This document shows, piece by piece, positions 48,013 to 56,380 of a stretch of DNA of 56,485 bases (the stretch's first letter is position 1; each line of letters opens with the position of its first letter). Where the stretch lies: IMG/VR virus record IMGVR_UViG_3300011440_000004, positions 1-56,485 of that record, one strand, 5' to 3'. The position numbers were made by a program, and so were the translations under genes. Source of the DNA: a virus. Taxonomy: Duplodnaviria > Caudoviricetes. The notes beneath the pieces were generated by a model. The model saw only the letters and a program-made list of their open reading frames with translations, searched no databases and was not told where the DNA came from.

Positions 48013-48266
48013 TGCGGTGCCTCCTGGGGTTGTGCGGTTCGGACTTTAGGTGCGAGCGGGCCGAGACCGGCGACGCAGATCGAGCAGAACACGGCGCCGC
48101 GTCCTCGATGGTGGCCGAGCGCGGCCTTGGCGGCGCAGACCGGCAGCGGGTCCTTGATCCCGCAGACCGAGCGCTTGTCGCCGGGCTGGCGCACGAGATG
48201 GGTGGGGCGTTCGTCTCGGGCCCGCACGACGCCATCGGCGTCGGGGGTGAGGTTCAGGGTCGCCAT
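48009..48266 (-). CDS. Hypothetical Zn-finger protein
   Basis: H...SVCG...CSIC. Confidence 0.55.
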   Translation of the reverse strand: MATLNLTPDADGVVRARDERPTHLVRQPGDKRSVCGIKDPLPVCAAKAALGHHRGRGAVFCSICVAGLGPLAPKVRTAQPQEAPQ

Positions 48267-48982
48267 CGCCACACCCGCTGGCGGCCACGCCAGGCGACCG
48301 GATGGCATCGGCCTCGGCCCTCGCACGTCGGGCATTCGGTGGGGCAGCGGAACCGGGTCTGGCCGTCGTGCTCGAACATCTCGGTGACGAGACCGGCGCC
48401 ACCGCAGTGCGGGCATCGCTCGGTGGTCGGCGCGGCGTTGGTGAACAGCCAGGCGAACCGGCCGCGCTCGAACACGCCGAACGGGAACTGGTCGGTGACG
48501 TCGCGTTGGTGGTAGTCGTGGCAGAGGGTGAGCCCACTCGTCGTGAGCGCCAGGTGGGCGACGGGTGGTTCGTCGTGGCCGTGGGTCATCGGCACGCAGC
48601 CGACGACGGTGACGGTGCCGACGATCCGGCCGAGCGGCAGCATGAACCCTTCGAGACGTGGTGTCGATCGGAACTCGGGCAGGCCTGGCCCGTTGAGCGC
48701 GAGACCGGTGCGGCCGAACCCTCGCACGTGGAACGGGCCGACCCGCAGCGACGACCGCGGCATCTTGCGGGTGGCGTGGATGCGCAACGGTTGACCGATC
48801 AGCGCGGGCGGGCATGGCCACGACCGGGTCTCGATCCACTTCCACGCCTCGCCGGGCACTGCGCGGCCGTAGTCGCGCTGGTCGTGGATGCCGTCCGGGA
48901 TGATGTGCGTCTCTCGGCGCGTCACGCACAGCGAGGCGTAGGGCTGGTCGAGAGACAGCGTCGGGAACCCGTCGTCGATCAT
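48254..48982 (-). CDS. ASCH-domain protein with inserted CxxCxGxG zinc finger
   Basis: LSLDQPYASL...KWIETRSW...IHA...G.IVG...RFAW...RGRQRVW. Confidence 0.75.
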   Translation of the reverse strand: MIDDGFPTLSLDQPYASLCVTRRETHIIPDGIHDQRDYGRAVPGEAWKWIETRSWPCPPALIGQPLRIHATRKMPRSSLRVGPFHVRGFGRTGLALNGPGLPEFRSTPRLEGFMLPLGRIVGTVTVVGCVPMTHGHDEPPVAHLALTTSGLTLCHDYHQRDVTDQFPFGVFERGRFAWLFTNAAPTTERCPHCGGAGLVTEMFEHDGQTRFRCPTECPTCEGRGRCHPVAWRGRQRVWRWRP

Positions 48983-49224
48983 GCCGGGACCGCCTGCGCC
49001 AGGTGGAACCGCACGAACCGGGTGATGATGGCGCGGTCGTGGTCGGCGACGCCGGCGCGCGCTGCGCCGATCAGATCGAGCGCGGCGTCGGGCAGGTCGA
49101 CGTCGGTGGCGTCGAGCCACTCGGCGAGCTCGGCCGCCCACGACGCTATGCGGTCTCGGTCTCGACGCACGGCGTAGTACTTCGCCCATGCGAGACGCCG
49201 GTTGCGTTCGAGCGCCCAATCCAT
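48979..49224 (-). CDS. Hypothetical protein
   Basis: Coupled. Confidence 0.55.
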   Translation of the reverse strand: MDWALERNRRLAWAKYYAVRRDRDRIASWAAELAEWLDATDVDLPDAALDLIGAARAGVADHDRAIITRFVRFHLAQAVPA

Positions 49225-49607
49225 CACGGTGTCGCCTCGTCGAGGTAGCGCCACTCGATCCGGGTGACCTCGGTGTCGGCGTCACATCCCTTGTGGGTGC
49301 GACAGAACATGGCGACGAACTGGCCGGGCGTCCAGTCGGGGAACCCTTCGAGGGCGACCTCGGCGTGGCCGTAGTTGGCGGCATAGCCCTCGTCGATCAG
49401 CACGCTGAGCGATTCACGGTCGACCGAGACGACCTCGACGTCGCAGATGCGCACGAGTGGTTCGCCTGGTCGGCGACCCATGACCTTGCGGCACAACGTC
49501 AGCCGGTCGCCGGGCTTGAGCATCAGCCAGCCGACACGACGCGTGACCGTCTTGGCGCGGGCGAGGACGGCGTCCTCAGTGCGCGACACCGACATCAGCC
49601 GAGGCAT
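49224..49607 (-). CDS. ASCH/PUA-like protein
   Basis: KTVTRR.GW..LKPGD...EGF...VTRIEW. Confidence 0.7.
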   Translation of the reverse strand: MPRLMSVSRTEDAVLARAKTVTRRVGWLMLKPGDRLTLCRKVMGRRPGEPLVRICDVEVVSVDRESLSVLIDEGYAANYGHAEVALEGFPDWTPGQFVAMFCRTHKGCDADTEVTRIEWRYLDEATP

Positions 49608-49759
49608 GGCGCCACACAGTTCGGGTGGCCGCAGGTCTCGCCGATGCCGGCGGCGATGCGGTCCCACGTCGATCGGATCACGCGGCGTTCGCAGTGGCAG
49701 AGCACGTCGGGGTGGAGCTTGATCCGGGTTTGCGGTCCGGTCACCGTCGCGGCTTTCAT
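49595..49759 (-). CDS. Small Cys-rich protein
   Basis: ATGA coupling. Confidence 0.45.
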   Translation of the reverse strand: MKAATVTGPQTRIKLHPDVLCHCERRVIRSTWDRIAAGIGETCGHPNCVAPCLG

Positions 49760-49995
49760 CGCCGGTCTCCCCTGAGCCGTCGTAGCTGCTCGGCGCGACG
49801 CTTGACGACGCGCTTGTCGTGGTGCGCGGTGTCGATGCGATGGGCCTCGGCGACGTCGTGCGCCCATCTCGGGGCTTGGTCGAGCCAGTAGAGACGACCC
49901 TCGCCTCGCACCTGCTCACTGTTGATCGTCCATACGGCGCCATCGCCGTCGGTGGCGTGGTCGAGGTCGTCCCACGACAGCGCGAGCGGGGTCAT
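49756..49995 (-). CDS. Hypothetical protein
   Basis: ATGA coupling. Confidence 0.55.
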   Translation of the reverse strand: MTPLALSWDDLDHATDGDGAVWTINSEQVRGEGRLYWLDQAPRWAHDVAEAHRIDTAHHDKRVVKRRAEQLRRLRGDRR

Positions 49996-50468
49996 CGCCG
50001 GCCCCGATCGGCGGCGCCGCGGGCGCGGTTGGCTTGGTGGCGGGCGCGCATCTGCATGAACGCCCGGTCGAGACGCACGGCGTGGTGGTCGCCGAGCTCG
50101 CCGCGCACGGCGTCGACGAACGCGCGTTGCCATGCGGCGCCGTGCCATGCGGCCTGGTCGTCGCATCTCGGTGCGGCGAGGTGGGCGACCTCGTGGCAGA
50201 TCACGACGGGGCCGGCGAGGGCGCCCATGGTGATCGTGTTCGTGGTGGGGTTGGCGCGCGACGCGAACGTGTGCGGGTTGCCACGGCGTCGCACGACGAG
50301 CGGTGGTGGCAGTTCGAGACGTTGCGCCACGCGGTGGGCGATGGTGCGCTGGTCGGGCACTGAGAGGCCACCTGGCACCTTGCGGTAGCGGGCCCAGCGG
50401 GTGCGTTCGCCGAACAGGGCGTCCTCGACGTCGTACGCCTCGGGCCACGGCCGGCCGGTGCGAGTCAC
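49992..50468 (-). CDS. SprT-like HExxH metalloprotease
   Basis: VICHEVAH...HGAAWQRAF. Confidence 0.7.
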   Translation of the reverse strand: MTRTGRPWPEAYDVEDALFGERTRWARYRKVPGGLSVPDQRTIAHRVAQRLELPPPLVVRRRGNPHTFASRANPTTNTITMGALAGPVVICHEVAHLAAPRCDDQAAWHGAAWQRAFVDAVRGELGDHHAVRLDRAFMQMRARHQANRARGAADRGRR

Positions 50469-50674
50469 TGCCGGTCTCCGAGCAGGACGCGCGGGCGGGT
50501 GAACCCGGCGAGCGCCGGGCCTGGGCAGGGTCCACACCGGGTGTGGCAGACGAACCCGTCCGGGTCGGTCTTGGCGTGGGCGACGGTCTCGGGGTGGTCG
50601 GCGCGCATCGTGGCCATGTCGCGCCAGGGGCACGCAGCGCACTGCGTGCGAACGACGTCGGGTTCGACGATCAC
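50465..50674 (-). CDS. Small Cys-rich protein
   Basis: CAACPWR...FVCH...C. Confidence 0.6.
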   Translation of the reverse strand: MIVEPDVVRTQCAACPWRDMATMRADHPETVAHAKTDPDGFVCHTRCGPCPGPALAGFTRPRVLLGDRQ

Positions 50675-51093
50675 AGCGGGCCTCGCAGGGTGGCGTAGTC
50701 GAGCAGCCGGTCGATGTCGAGAGGGATGCGGCGGTGATTCCAGAGACGCACCTCGTCGAGGGTGATGGACCGGATGTCGCAGCGCGACACGCCCATGCGG
50801 TCTACGACGAAGTCCTCGCCGTGGATGGCGAGCACGACGGCGAGGACCGGGATGGTGGCGCCAGCGAACGCCTTGCCGAGACCGGTGAACGCGTCGGCGA
50901 GGGTGGTGCCGACGAACGACAGGGCCTCGGCGAGCTGGTCGAAGATCGGGCCGAGCGCCTGGCCGAGCGCCTGGCCGAGCGTCACCGTGACGCCACGCAC
51001 GGCCTCGGCGAGGTCACGCCACTGCGCCGCGTACGTGGAGGGGTTCTCCCCCTGGTGGTCGGGTCCACCAGGGGGAGCGGTCTCGCTGGTCAT
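50671..51093 (-). CDS. Hypothetical protein
   Basis: ATGA coupling. Confidence 0.55.
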   Translation of the reverse strand: MTSETAPPGGPDHQGENPSTYAAQWRDLAEAVRGVTVTLGQALGQALGPIFDQLAEALSFVGTTLADAFTGLGKAFAGATIPVLAVVLAIHGEDFVVDRMGVSRCDIRSITLDEVRLWNHRRIPLDIDRLLDYATLRGPL

Positions 51094-51221
51094 TGCGGGT
51101 CGATCAGCGCTACGTCGTCGGTGATGCCATGACGGTCGCAGTAGTCGCGGGCAGCCTGGTCGGGGTCGACGTCGTCGGGCACGTCGATGTTCAGGTGGAT
51201 GAGGACCTCTCGGGTGGCCAT
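51090..51221 (-). CDS. Small hypothetical protein
   Basis: MATREVLIHLNIDVPDD...; TGATG coupling. Confidence 0.55.
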   Translation of the reverse strand: MATREVLIHLNIDVPDDVDPDQAARDYCDRHGITDDVALIDPQ

Positions 51222-51415
51222 CAGTGCCACGATCCGAACGTGACGAGCGGCATGTAGGACGTGCGGCCGTGGACCTTGCCGAACGCCACGAACTTGCCGT
51301 CGGTCATCTCGTACGCGGTGAGCGTGGAGCGCACGATGGTGCCGTGGTCGGTGACCGTGCCAGCCGCGAGGGTGCCTGGTGTCGCGTCGGTGAACTGCGT
51401 GTGGGTATCTGCCAT
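51221..51415 (-). CDS. Small hypothetical protein, MADT start
   Basis: Follows cassette copy 6. Confidence 0.65.
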   Translation of the reverse strand: MADTHTQFTDATPGTLAAGTVTDHGTIVRSTLTAYEMTDGKFVAFGKVHGRTSYMPLVTFGSWH

Positions 51416-51450
51416 ACCCGAATCGTACACAACCGGGGTTAGCTAGGCAA
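51404..51450 (-). promoter_or_regulatory. MADT cassette copy 6
   Basis: TTGCCT-agct-AACCCCGGTT-gtg-TACGAT-6nt-ATGGCAGATACC. Confidence 0.8.
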
Positions 51451-53040
51451 GGGGAAGTCGTGAGCTTTGCTCGTGCGTTCCAGCACCGGCCGGTCGCCGA
51501 ACGTCGCCTGGTAGCGGGCGCAGACCACGTCGCAGTACCCGCGGGATGCTTCGATGCCGATGCCGACGCGGGACTGCTGCGCAGCTGCGATGATCGTCGA
51601 CCCCGACCCGACGAACGGGTCGAGGATGACGTCGCCGACGTCGGTGTAGGCGCGGATGAACCACGCCGGCAGCCCGACCGGGAACGCCGCGGGGTGGCCG
51701 GTCGCGGTGTGGGTGCCGGCGAACGTCGGCAGCCGGTTGCCGGGGTAGGCGAGACCGACCGTCTTGAACTCGCCGACGTCGTTGTGCCCGGTGCCTTGAT
51801 GCGCCTCGCTCGTGCCGGCGCCGGGTACGCCATGCTTGCGGCGTCTCGGTCGGATGTCGTCGGGCAGCGCCGACGTGTGACCTTGGCGCCCCTTCCACGA
51901 CGTGTTGCCGCGACCCTTGCGTCTGGCGCGTTGGCCGTCGAACAGGTCGCCCGACTGGCCTTGCGACACGACCGCCGAGTCGGGGTCGGCCCACGACGTG
52001 TTGCCGCGGCCGGGCCCGAACGGGATGATGGCGTCGTCGGTCGGATGCCTGACGTTGTCGGGGCGCACCTTGGGGCGGCCTCGCACGAACTGGTAGACGG
52101 GCTCAAACTGATTCTTGAACCGGTGCACGACCTGCTTGGGCACGCCGGTGCGTTCCCAACAGAACTCGGTCAAGAAGTGCCAGCCCCACTCGCGGACGTG
52201 GGCGATGACGAGGTCCATGACGTACAGGTCGGTGTCGAGGTCTCGGCCGGGCGGTTTGATGTTGACGAACCACGACCCGTCGTCGGCAAGCACCGCGGCG
52301 ACGTTCGCGGCGACCGGCGCGAACCACTCGACATATTCGTCGGGCGGTATCGGCGTGAACCCTGACGTCTTGTCGTAGTCGCGTTGCTCGGCGTACGGGG
52401 GAGACGTGACGGCGATCGCCACACGACGCCCGGCGACCGCGGCCTCGACGACGGAGGGGTCTCGGCAGTCGCCGCACACGAGCCGATGCTGGCCGAGCAG
52501 CCAGACGTCGCCGACCTTGGTGCGCGGCCTGGTCGGTTTCGGTGGTGCCGGCGGATCGGGTGGTGCGGGAGCGGGGACGAGCGAGGCGAGCATGTCGTCG
52601 AGACCGGCCGACGTGTAGCCGATGCCGTCGAGACCGGGCCCGGCGCGCAAGTCGTCGAGCATGTCGGCGAGGTCGGCGACCATCCACCCGCCGCGCTCGC
52701 CGATGCGGTTGACCGCGATCAGAGCGGCGCGTGCTTCGGCGTCGTTGCGTGAACGCCAGCCGCGCACGACCGGGAGCTGCCAGACGCCGTCGACGACGGT
52801 GATGCCATCGGGCGGTCGCTCGCCGGCGGCCTCGGCGGCCTTCAGTCGGTCGAGGCGGCCATGCCCGGAGATGAGCCGGCCGGTGCGTTCGTCGAGCACG
52901 GTCGGTTCGATCACACCGAACCTGGCGAACGATGCGTCGAGGTCGTCGTCGGCGTGGGCCTTGGGGTTGCGCTTGGCCGGCAGGACGTCGCCGAGCGGGC
53001 GGTACTCGATCGTGCGCACGGTTGGGGCTCGCGGTGCCAT
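51439..53040 (-). CDS. ParB-N-terminal-domain / N4C-N6A DNA methyltransferase fusion
   Basis: NPKAH...ISGHGRL (ParB-like); LVCGD, TSPPY, HPAAFP, DPFVGSGST. Confidence 0.88.
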   Translation of the reverse strand: MAPRAPTVRTIEYRPLGDVLPAKRNPKAHADDDLDASFARFGVIEPTVLDERTGRLISGHGRLDRLKAAEAAGERPPDGITVVDGVWQLPVVRGWRSRNDAEARAALIAVNRIGERGGWMVADLADMLDDLRAGPGLDGIGYTSAGLDDMLASLVPAPAPPDPPAPPKPTRPRTKVGDVWLLGQHRLVCGDCRDPSVVEAAVAGRRVAIAVTSPPYAEQRDYDKTSGFTPIPPDEYVEWFAPVAANVAAVLADDGSWFVNIKPPGRDLDTDLYVMDLVIAHVREWGWHFLTEFCWERTGVPKQVVHRFKNQFEPVYQFVRGRPKVRPDNVRHPTDDAIIPFGPGRGNTSWADPDSAVVSQGQSGDLFDGQRARRKGRGNTSWKGRQGHTSALPDDIRPRRRKHGVPGAGTSEAHQGTGHNDVGEFKTVGLAYPGNRLPTFAGTHTATGHPAAFPVGLPAWFIRAYTDVGDVILDPFVGSGSTIIAAAQQSRVGIGIEASRGYCDVVCARYQATFGDRPVLERTSKAHDFPLPS

Positions 53041-53065
53041 GCGTGGAGACGCTAGCGACTAGCGG

Positions 53066-53473
53066 CTAGAGCAGGTGGCGTTGTGCGGTCTCCCACACAC
53101 GGACCGGACGCGAGTGGTTGAACGCGCCCGCCGAGTTGATGGTGCGGTCGGTGCGCACGATCAGACCCTGGTCGGCGGCCTCCATCAGGATCGGTCCGAG
53201 CTGGCGCGGATCGGGCGGTCTCGGGATCATCGCCCACACGTCATCCGATGTGAACTCGTCGCGCGTCGCGGCGAGCTCGGCGACAGCGCGTCGGGCGCGG
53301 GCATGCCATCCCGTCGGGCCTGGCCGGGCCGGGCCGGTGCGGTCTCCGAGCGCGGCCTTGGCGACGTCGACAGCGCAGATGGTGCAGATGCCGTACAGCG
53401 ACACCAGGCGGTCGTGGCCGTGGTCCTCGACGGCGTCGCCCGCACCAGGTGGCGACGCCTCGGCCTGGCTCAC
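53066..53473 (-). CDS. Hypothetical (winged-helix-like) phage protein
   Basis: FTSDDVW...DPRQLG...GLIVRT...HSRPVRVW. Confidence 0.6.
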   Translation of the reverse strand: MSQAEASPPGAGDAVEDHGHDRLVSLYGICTICAVDVAKAALGDRTGPARPGPTGWHARARRAVAELAATRDEFTSDDVWAMIPRPPDPRQLGPILMEAADQGLIVRTDRTINSAGAFNHSRPVRVWETAQRHLL

Positions 53474-53817
53474 GGCTCGGCGACCTCGACCATGAACACC
53501 GGCAGGTAGCCCCACGTCGAGAGCCAGACGTCGGCGCCGGCAGCGACACGTTCTCGGTCGCCGGCGTCGAGCGTCAGCGCGACGCGACACACCTTGTCGT
53601 TGCCGACCATGACGACGTGCAGCCGGGGGCAGTCTCGGTCGTCGCACAGTTCGTCGACGTTGCCGGCGTGGTGGCGAGACCGGACGTCGTTGGTGATGAG
53701 ACCCGGCGCCGGCGTGATGCCATCGTCGACCTCGCCGGGCGCGGTGAACATGACGGCGCGCGGGTCGGTGTCGGCCCAGTAGGCGAGGTCGGCGTCGGTG
53801 ATGTCACGTGGTCGCAT
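53470..53817 (-). CDS. Hypothetical protein
   Basis: AGGAG RBS. Confidence 0.6.
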   Translation of the reverse strand: MRPRDITDADLAYWADTDPRAVMFTAPGEVDDGITPAPGLITNDVRSRHHAGNVDELCDDRDCPRLHVVMVGNDKVCRVALTLDAGDRERVAAGADVWLSTWGYLPVFMVEVAEP

Positions 53818-54229
53818 CGGTGGTCTCCTGGGTGATCGGCAGGTCATACGTGCCGAGGTCGAGTGGTGGTCGCAACTGGCGCTCGACGTCGGCGACGTAC
53901 GCCTCGACCGACTGGCGGCGGTGGGCGGCGTCGTAGGCGAGGTGGCATCGTTGGCAGAACGCGGCGAGGTTGGCGTCGGAGTGGTCGACGAGGTCGTGGT
54001 CGAGATGGGCGACGGTGAGCACGACACGCGACCCGGTGACCGGATGCGGCATGGCGTTCACCGCGGTGCATCGCGACCAGTCGTGGCGGATGCGGGTCTC
54101 GTGGCCCTCGGGGCGTCCGCATCGGCCGTCGCACTCGCATCGGTTGCCGGCGCGCTCGAACCGGATGCGCGCCGAGATGGCGGGCCAGTCGGGCGGGTAG
54201 AGCGCGCGCTGCGCCGGCGTCAGCGGCAT
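53804..54229 (-). CDS. HNH endonuclease-like protein
   Basis: YPPDW..IS..IR..RAG.RCE...LTVAHLDH...NL...CQRCHL.YD. Confidence 0.8.
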   Translation of the reverse strand: MPLTPAQRALYPPDWPAISARIRFERAGNRCECDGRCGRPEGHETRIRHDWSRCTAVNAMPHPVTGSRVVLTVAHLDHDLVDHSDANLAAFCQRCHLAYDAAHRRQSVEAYVADVERQLRPPLDLGTYDLPITQETTDATT

Positions 54230-54231
54230 GG

Positions 54232-54474
54232 TCAGGCCTTGGGTGGTCGGAGGGCTTTGGCGACGGCGACGTCGGTGGTGCCGGCGGCCTCGCCGAGATG
54301 CACCCGGGTGAGACCGGCGGCGATGCCCTCGCGGTACATCTGGACGCGCGACTCGTACATGATCGACAGCGCCCGCTCGTGGGCGCGGATGTCCTCGGAC
54401 AGCTTGACGATGCGGTCGAGCAGCCGGCGCGCGTCGGCGGGCAGGTCGGCGATCGGGGTCGAGGCGACAGGCAT
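54232..54474 (-). CDS. Small HTH-like DNA-binding protein
   Basis: GLTRVHLGEAAGTTDVAVAKAL. Confidence 0.6.
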   Translation of the reverse strand: MPVASTPIADLPADARRLLDRIVKLSEDIRAHERALSIMYESRVQMYREGIAAGLTRVHLGEAAGTTDVAVAKALRPPKA

Positions 54475-54974
54475 CAGGCGTCACCAGTGGCGCCGTCGCC
54501 ACGTTCACCCGGCGTGAGCGGACGCGGCGGGGTCGGGTCCTCCCAATCGTCGTCGCCCTCGACCGGGGTGGTGCCGTCCTCGCGTGGGGTCTGCGGTACG
54601 CCGTTGGGGTGCAGCGTCGTGACGGTGGCGCCCATCTCCTCGGCGAGCCCGTCGATCTGCGACTGGCCGACGAACTCGGCGACCTTGGCGCGGTGCGCTT
54701 CGAGGATGGCGAGCACGGCGTCTCGGTCGACGAGGGTCGACTCGACCGCCTCGGTGGTGTGGACCCGCACGTAGTGGCTCGGGGCGTCTTTGGCCTGCTT
54801 GAACCCGACCTGCGCCACGGTGCCGCGGATCACCATGTAGACGTCGTCGCCGACGTGGAGTTCTTGGGGCTCCATCGCGAGGTGTTGCGACAGACCGTCG
54901 CCGGTCTTGGTGAGCTTCATCTCGGCGGCGATGACGTTGCCGCCCTCGAATCGCTTGAGGTTGCTGGTGGTCAT
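54474..54974 (-). CDS. Hypothetical protein
   Basis: GAAAGG RBS. Confidence 0.7.
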   Translation of the reverse strand: MTTSNLKRFEGGNVIAAEMKLTKTGDGLSQHLAMEPQELHVGDDVYMVIRGTVAQVGFKQAKDAPSHYVRVHTTEAVESTLVDRDAVLAILEAHRAKVAEFVGQSQIDGLAEEMGATVTTLHPNGVPQTPREDGTTPVEGDDDWEDPTPPRPLTPGERGDGATGDA

Positions 54975-54998
54975 GGTGCGGGCCTTTCGGTGGTGGTG

Positions 54999-55496
54999 TC
55001 AGGGGAGAAGGAACGATGCGAGCGGGTCGGCGTCGTCGGTGCCGGGGGTGCCGAGCTGAGTGACGATGATCTTGGCGCCGGTCCATCCGACGACTTCGAT
55101 CTTGCCGGCGAGGGTGGCGACGAACCGGGCGTCGTCGGCGATCAGACCGCCATCTTTGAGCGAGTCGCCCACGGCGCGAATGAGCTTGTCGGCGTCGGGG
55201 GCCGAGACCTTCGGGCACCACCCGGCGGCGTGGTCGGCTTTCGATCGGGAGGCGGGCATCGAGAACCGGAACAGGACACGCAGCACGAGCGGCCCGTCGA
55301 GCGGTGTGGCTGGTGCGTGGTTGCGTGCGGCCTCGGCGACAGCTGAGCGCCAGTTGCCGTGGCGTTTGCGGGCGTCGCCGGTCTTGCCCTCGACGAGACC
55401 GGCGTAGGGCTTGCCCGTCTTGTCGTGCATCAGCACCGCGGACTTGTCGCCCTGCGGTGCCGGGTTGCCGACGACGTCGAACCGCACGATGGTCAC
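54999..55496 (-). CDS. rusA: RusA-family Holliday junction resolvase
   Basis: G.PAPQG.K...WR...PDADKLIRAVGDSL...DD. Confidence 0.85.
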   Translation of the reverse strand: MTIVRFDVVGNPAPQGDKSAVLMHDKTGKPYAGLVEGKTGDARKRHGNWRSAVAEAARNHAPATPLDGPLVLRVLFRFSMPASRSKADHAAGWCPKVSAPDADKLIRAVGDSLKDGGLIADDARFVATLAGKIEVVGWTGAKIIVTQLGTPGTDDADPLASFLLP

Positions 55497-55891
55497 GACG
55501 GCGGCTCGCACAGTTCTGGACCGTCGAGGTCGGCGACCTTCATCGCGTCGGCGCCGGTGAACAACACGCAGCGATACTCGGGGCGCGGTGTCCACCCGGT
55601 CGGGAACGGCTGCCCGGAGACCTGACCGCCGGGGTTGCATCCGAGCATCCCGGCGACGATGGCGGCCTGCCCCATGTTGCCCGCGGGGACGATGCAGATG
55701 CCGAGGAACCCACCGCCGCCAGGCACCTGCTTGTCGGGCGGGTCGCTGCGGTCGGTGTCGACGAACGACAGCCACCACCATCCGTCGATGGGCTGAGCCA
55801 TGCACAGTTCGACCCGGCGGTGCCATTCGGCGTCGCCGGGCACGCATGGCCCGAGGTCGGAGAAGTCGAGATGATCGTCGGTATCTGCCAT
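55493..55891 (-). CDS. Hypothetical protein, MADT start
   Basis: WWLSF...FLGICIV...GCNPGGQV; follows cassette copy 7. Confidence 0.75.
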   Translation of the reverse strand: MADTDDHLDFSDLGPCVPGDAEWHRRVELCMAQPIDGWWWLSFVDTDRSDPPDKQVPGGGGFLGICIVPAGNMGQAAIVAGMLGCNPGGQVSGQPFPTGWTPRPEYRCVLFTGADAMKVADLDGPELCEPPS

Positions 55892-55927
55892 GCGCAGATC
55901 GTACCTAACCGGGGTTTACGACAGCAA
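55880..55927 (-). promoter_or_regulatory. MADT cassette copy 7
   Basis: TTGCTG-tcgta-AACCCCGGTT-agg-TACGAT-6nt-ATGGCAGATACC. Confidence 0.8.
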
Positions 55928-55932
55928 GCGGT

Positions 55933-56283
55933 TCAGCCGTCGATGTCGGCTCGCGCCGGTGGTTCGATCCGCGCCGGCGTGTCGGTGTCGGGCTTGGTCG
56001 AGACCGGACGCATCCGGGGCCAGTCGCCGTCGATCCATCGCAGGTACTGGTCGGGGTTGCACGCGGGGCAGGGGTACACCGTGTTCGCCAGCGCGGCGCG
56101 GCGCTGGCGGTTGTGGCGCATCAGGTCGTCGTTGAGACGTTCCTCGTCGGCGGTCAGTGGCTCGTCGATCGGTGGCGCCATCCTCGGGCACAGCTCGTCG
56201 ACGTAGGCCGCGCCGACTTGGCGGTAGCCGCCGTGGCAGTCGTCGTTGTCGTGGCAGCCGAGGTTGCGGGCACGGTCATACAT
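55933..56283 (-). CDS. Hypothetical Zn-binding protein
   Basis: AAGGAG RBS; CPAC. Confidence 0.6.
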   Translation of the reverse strand: MYDRARNLGCHDNDDCHGGYRQVGAAYVDELCPRMAPPIDEPLTADEERLNDDLMRHNRQRRAALANTVYPCPACNPDQYLRWIDGDWPRMRPVSTKPDTDTPARIEPPARADIDG

Positions 56284-56380
56284 CGTTGGGCTCCTTGCGG
56301 TCGAGCAGGTTGGCAATGATGGCAGCCACGATCGACGCGGCGGCGGCTATGCCGATCACGGCGAGCGCCTTGAGGATCAT
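56276..56380 (-). CDS. Small membrane protein (not in ORF track)
   Basis: MILKALAVIGIAAAASIVAAIIANLLDRKEPNDV; ATGA overlap. Confidence 0.55.
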   Translation of the reverse strand: MILKALAVIGIAAAASIVAAIIANLLDRKEPNDV

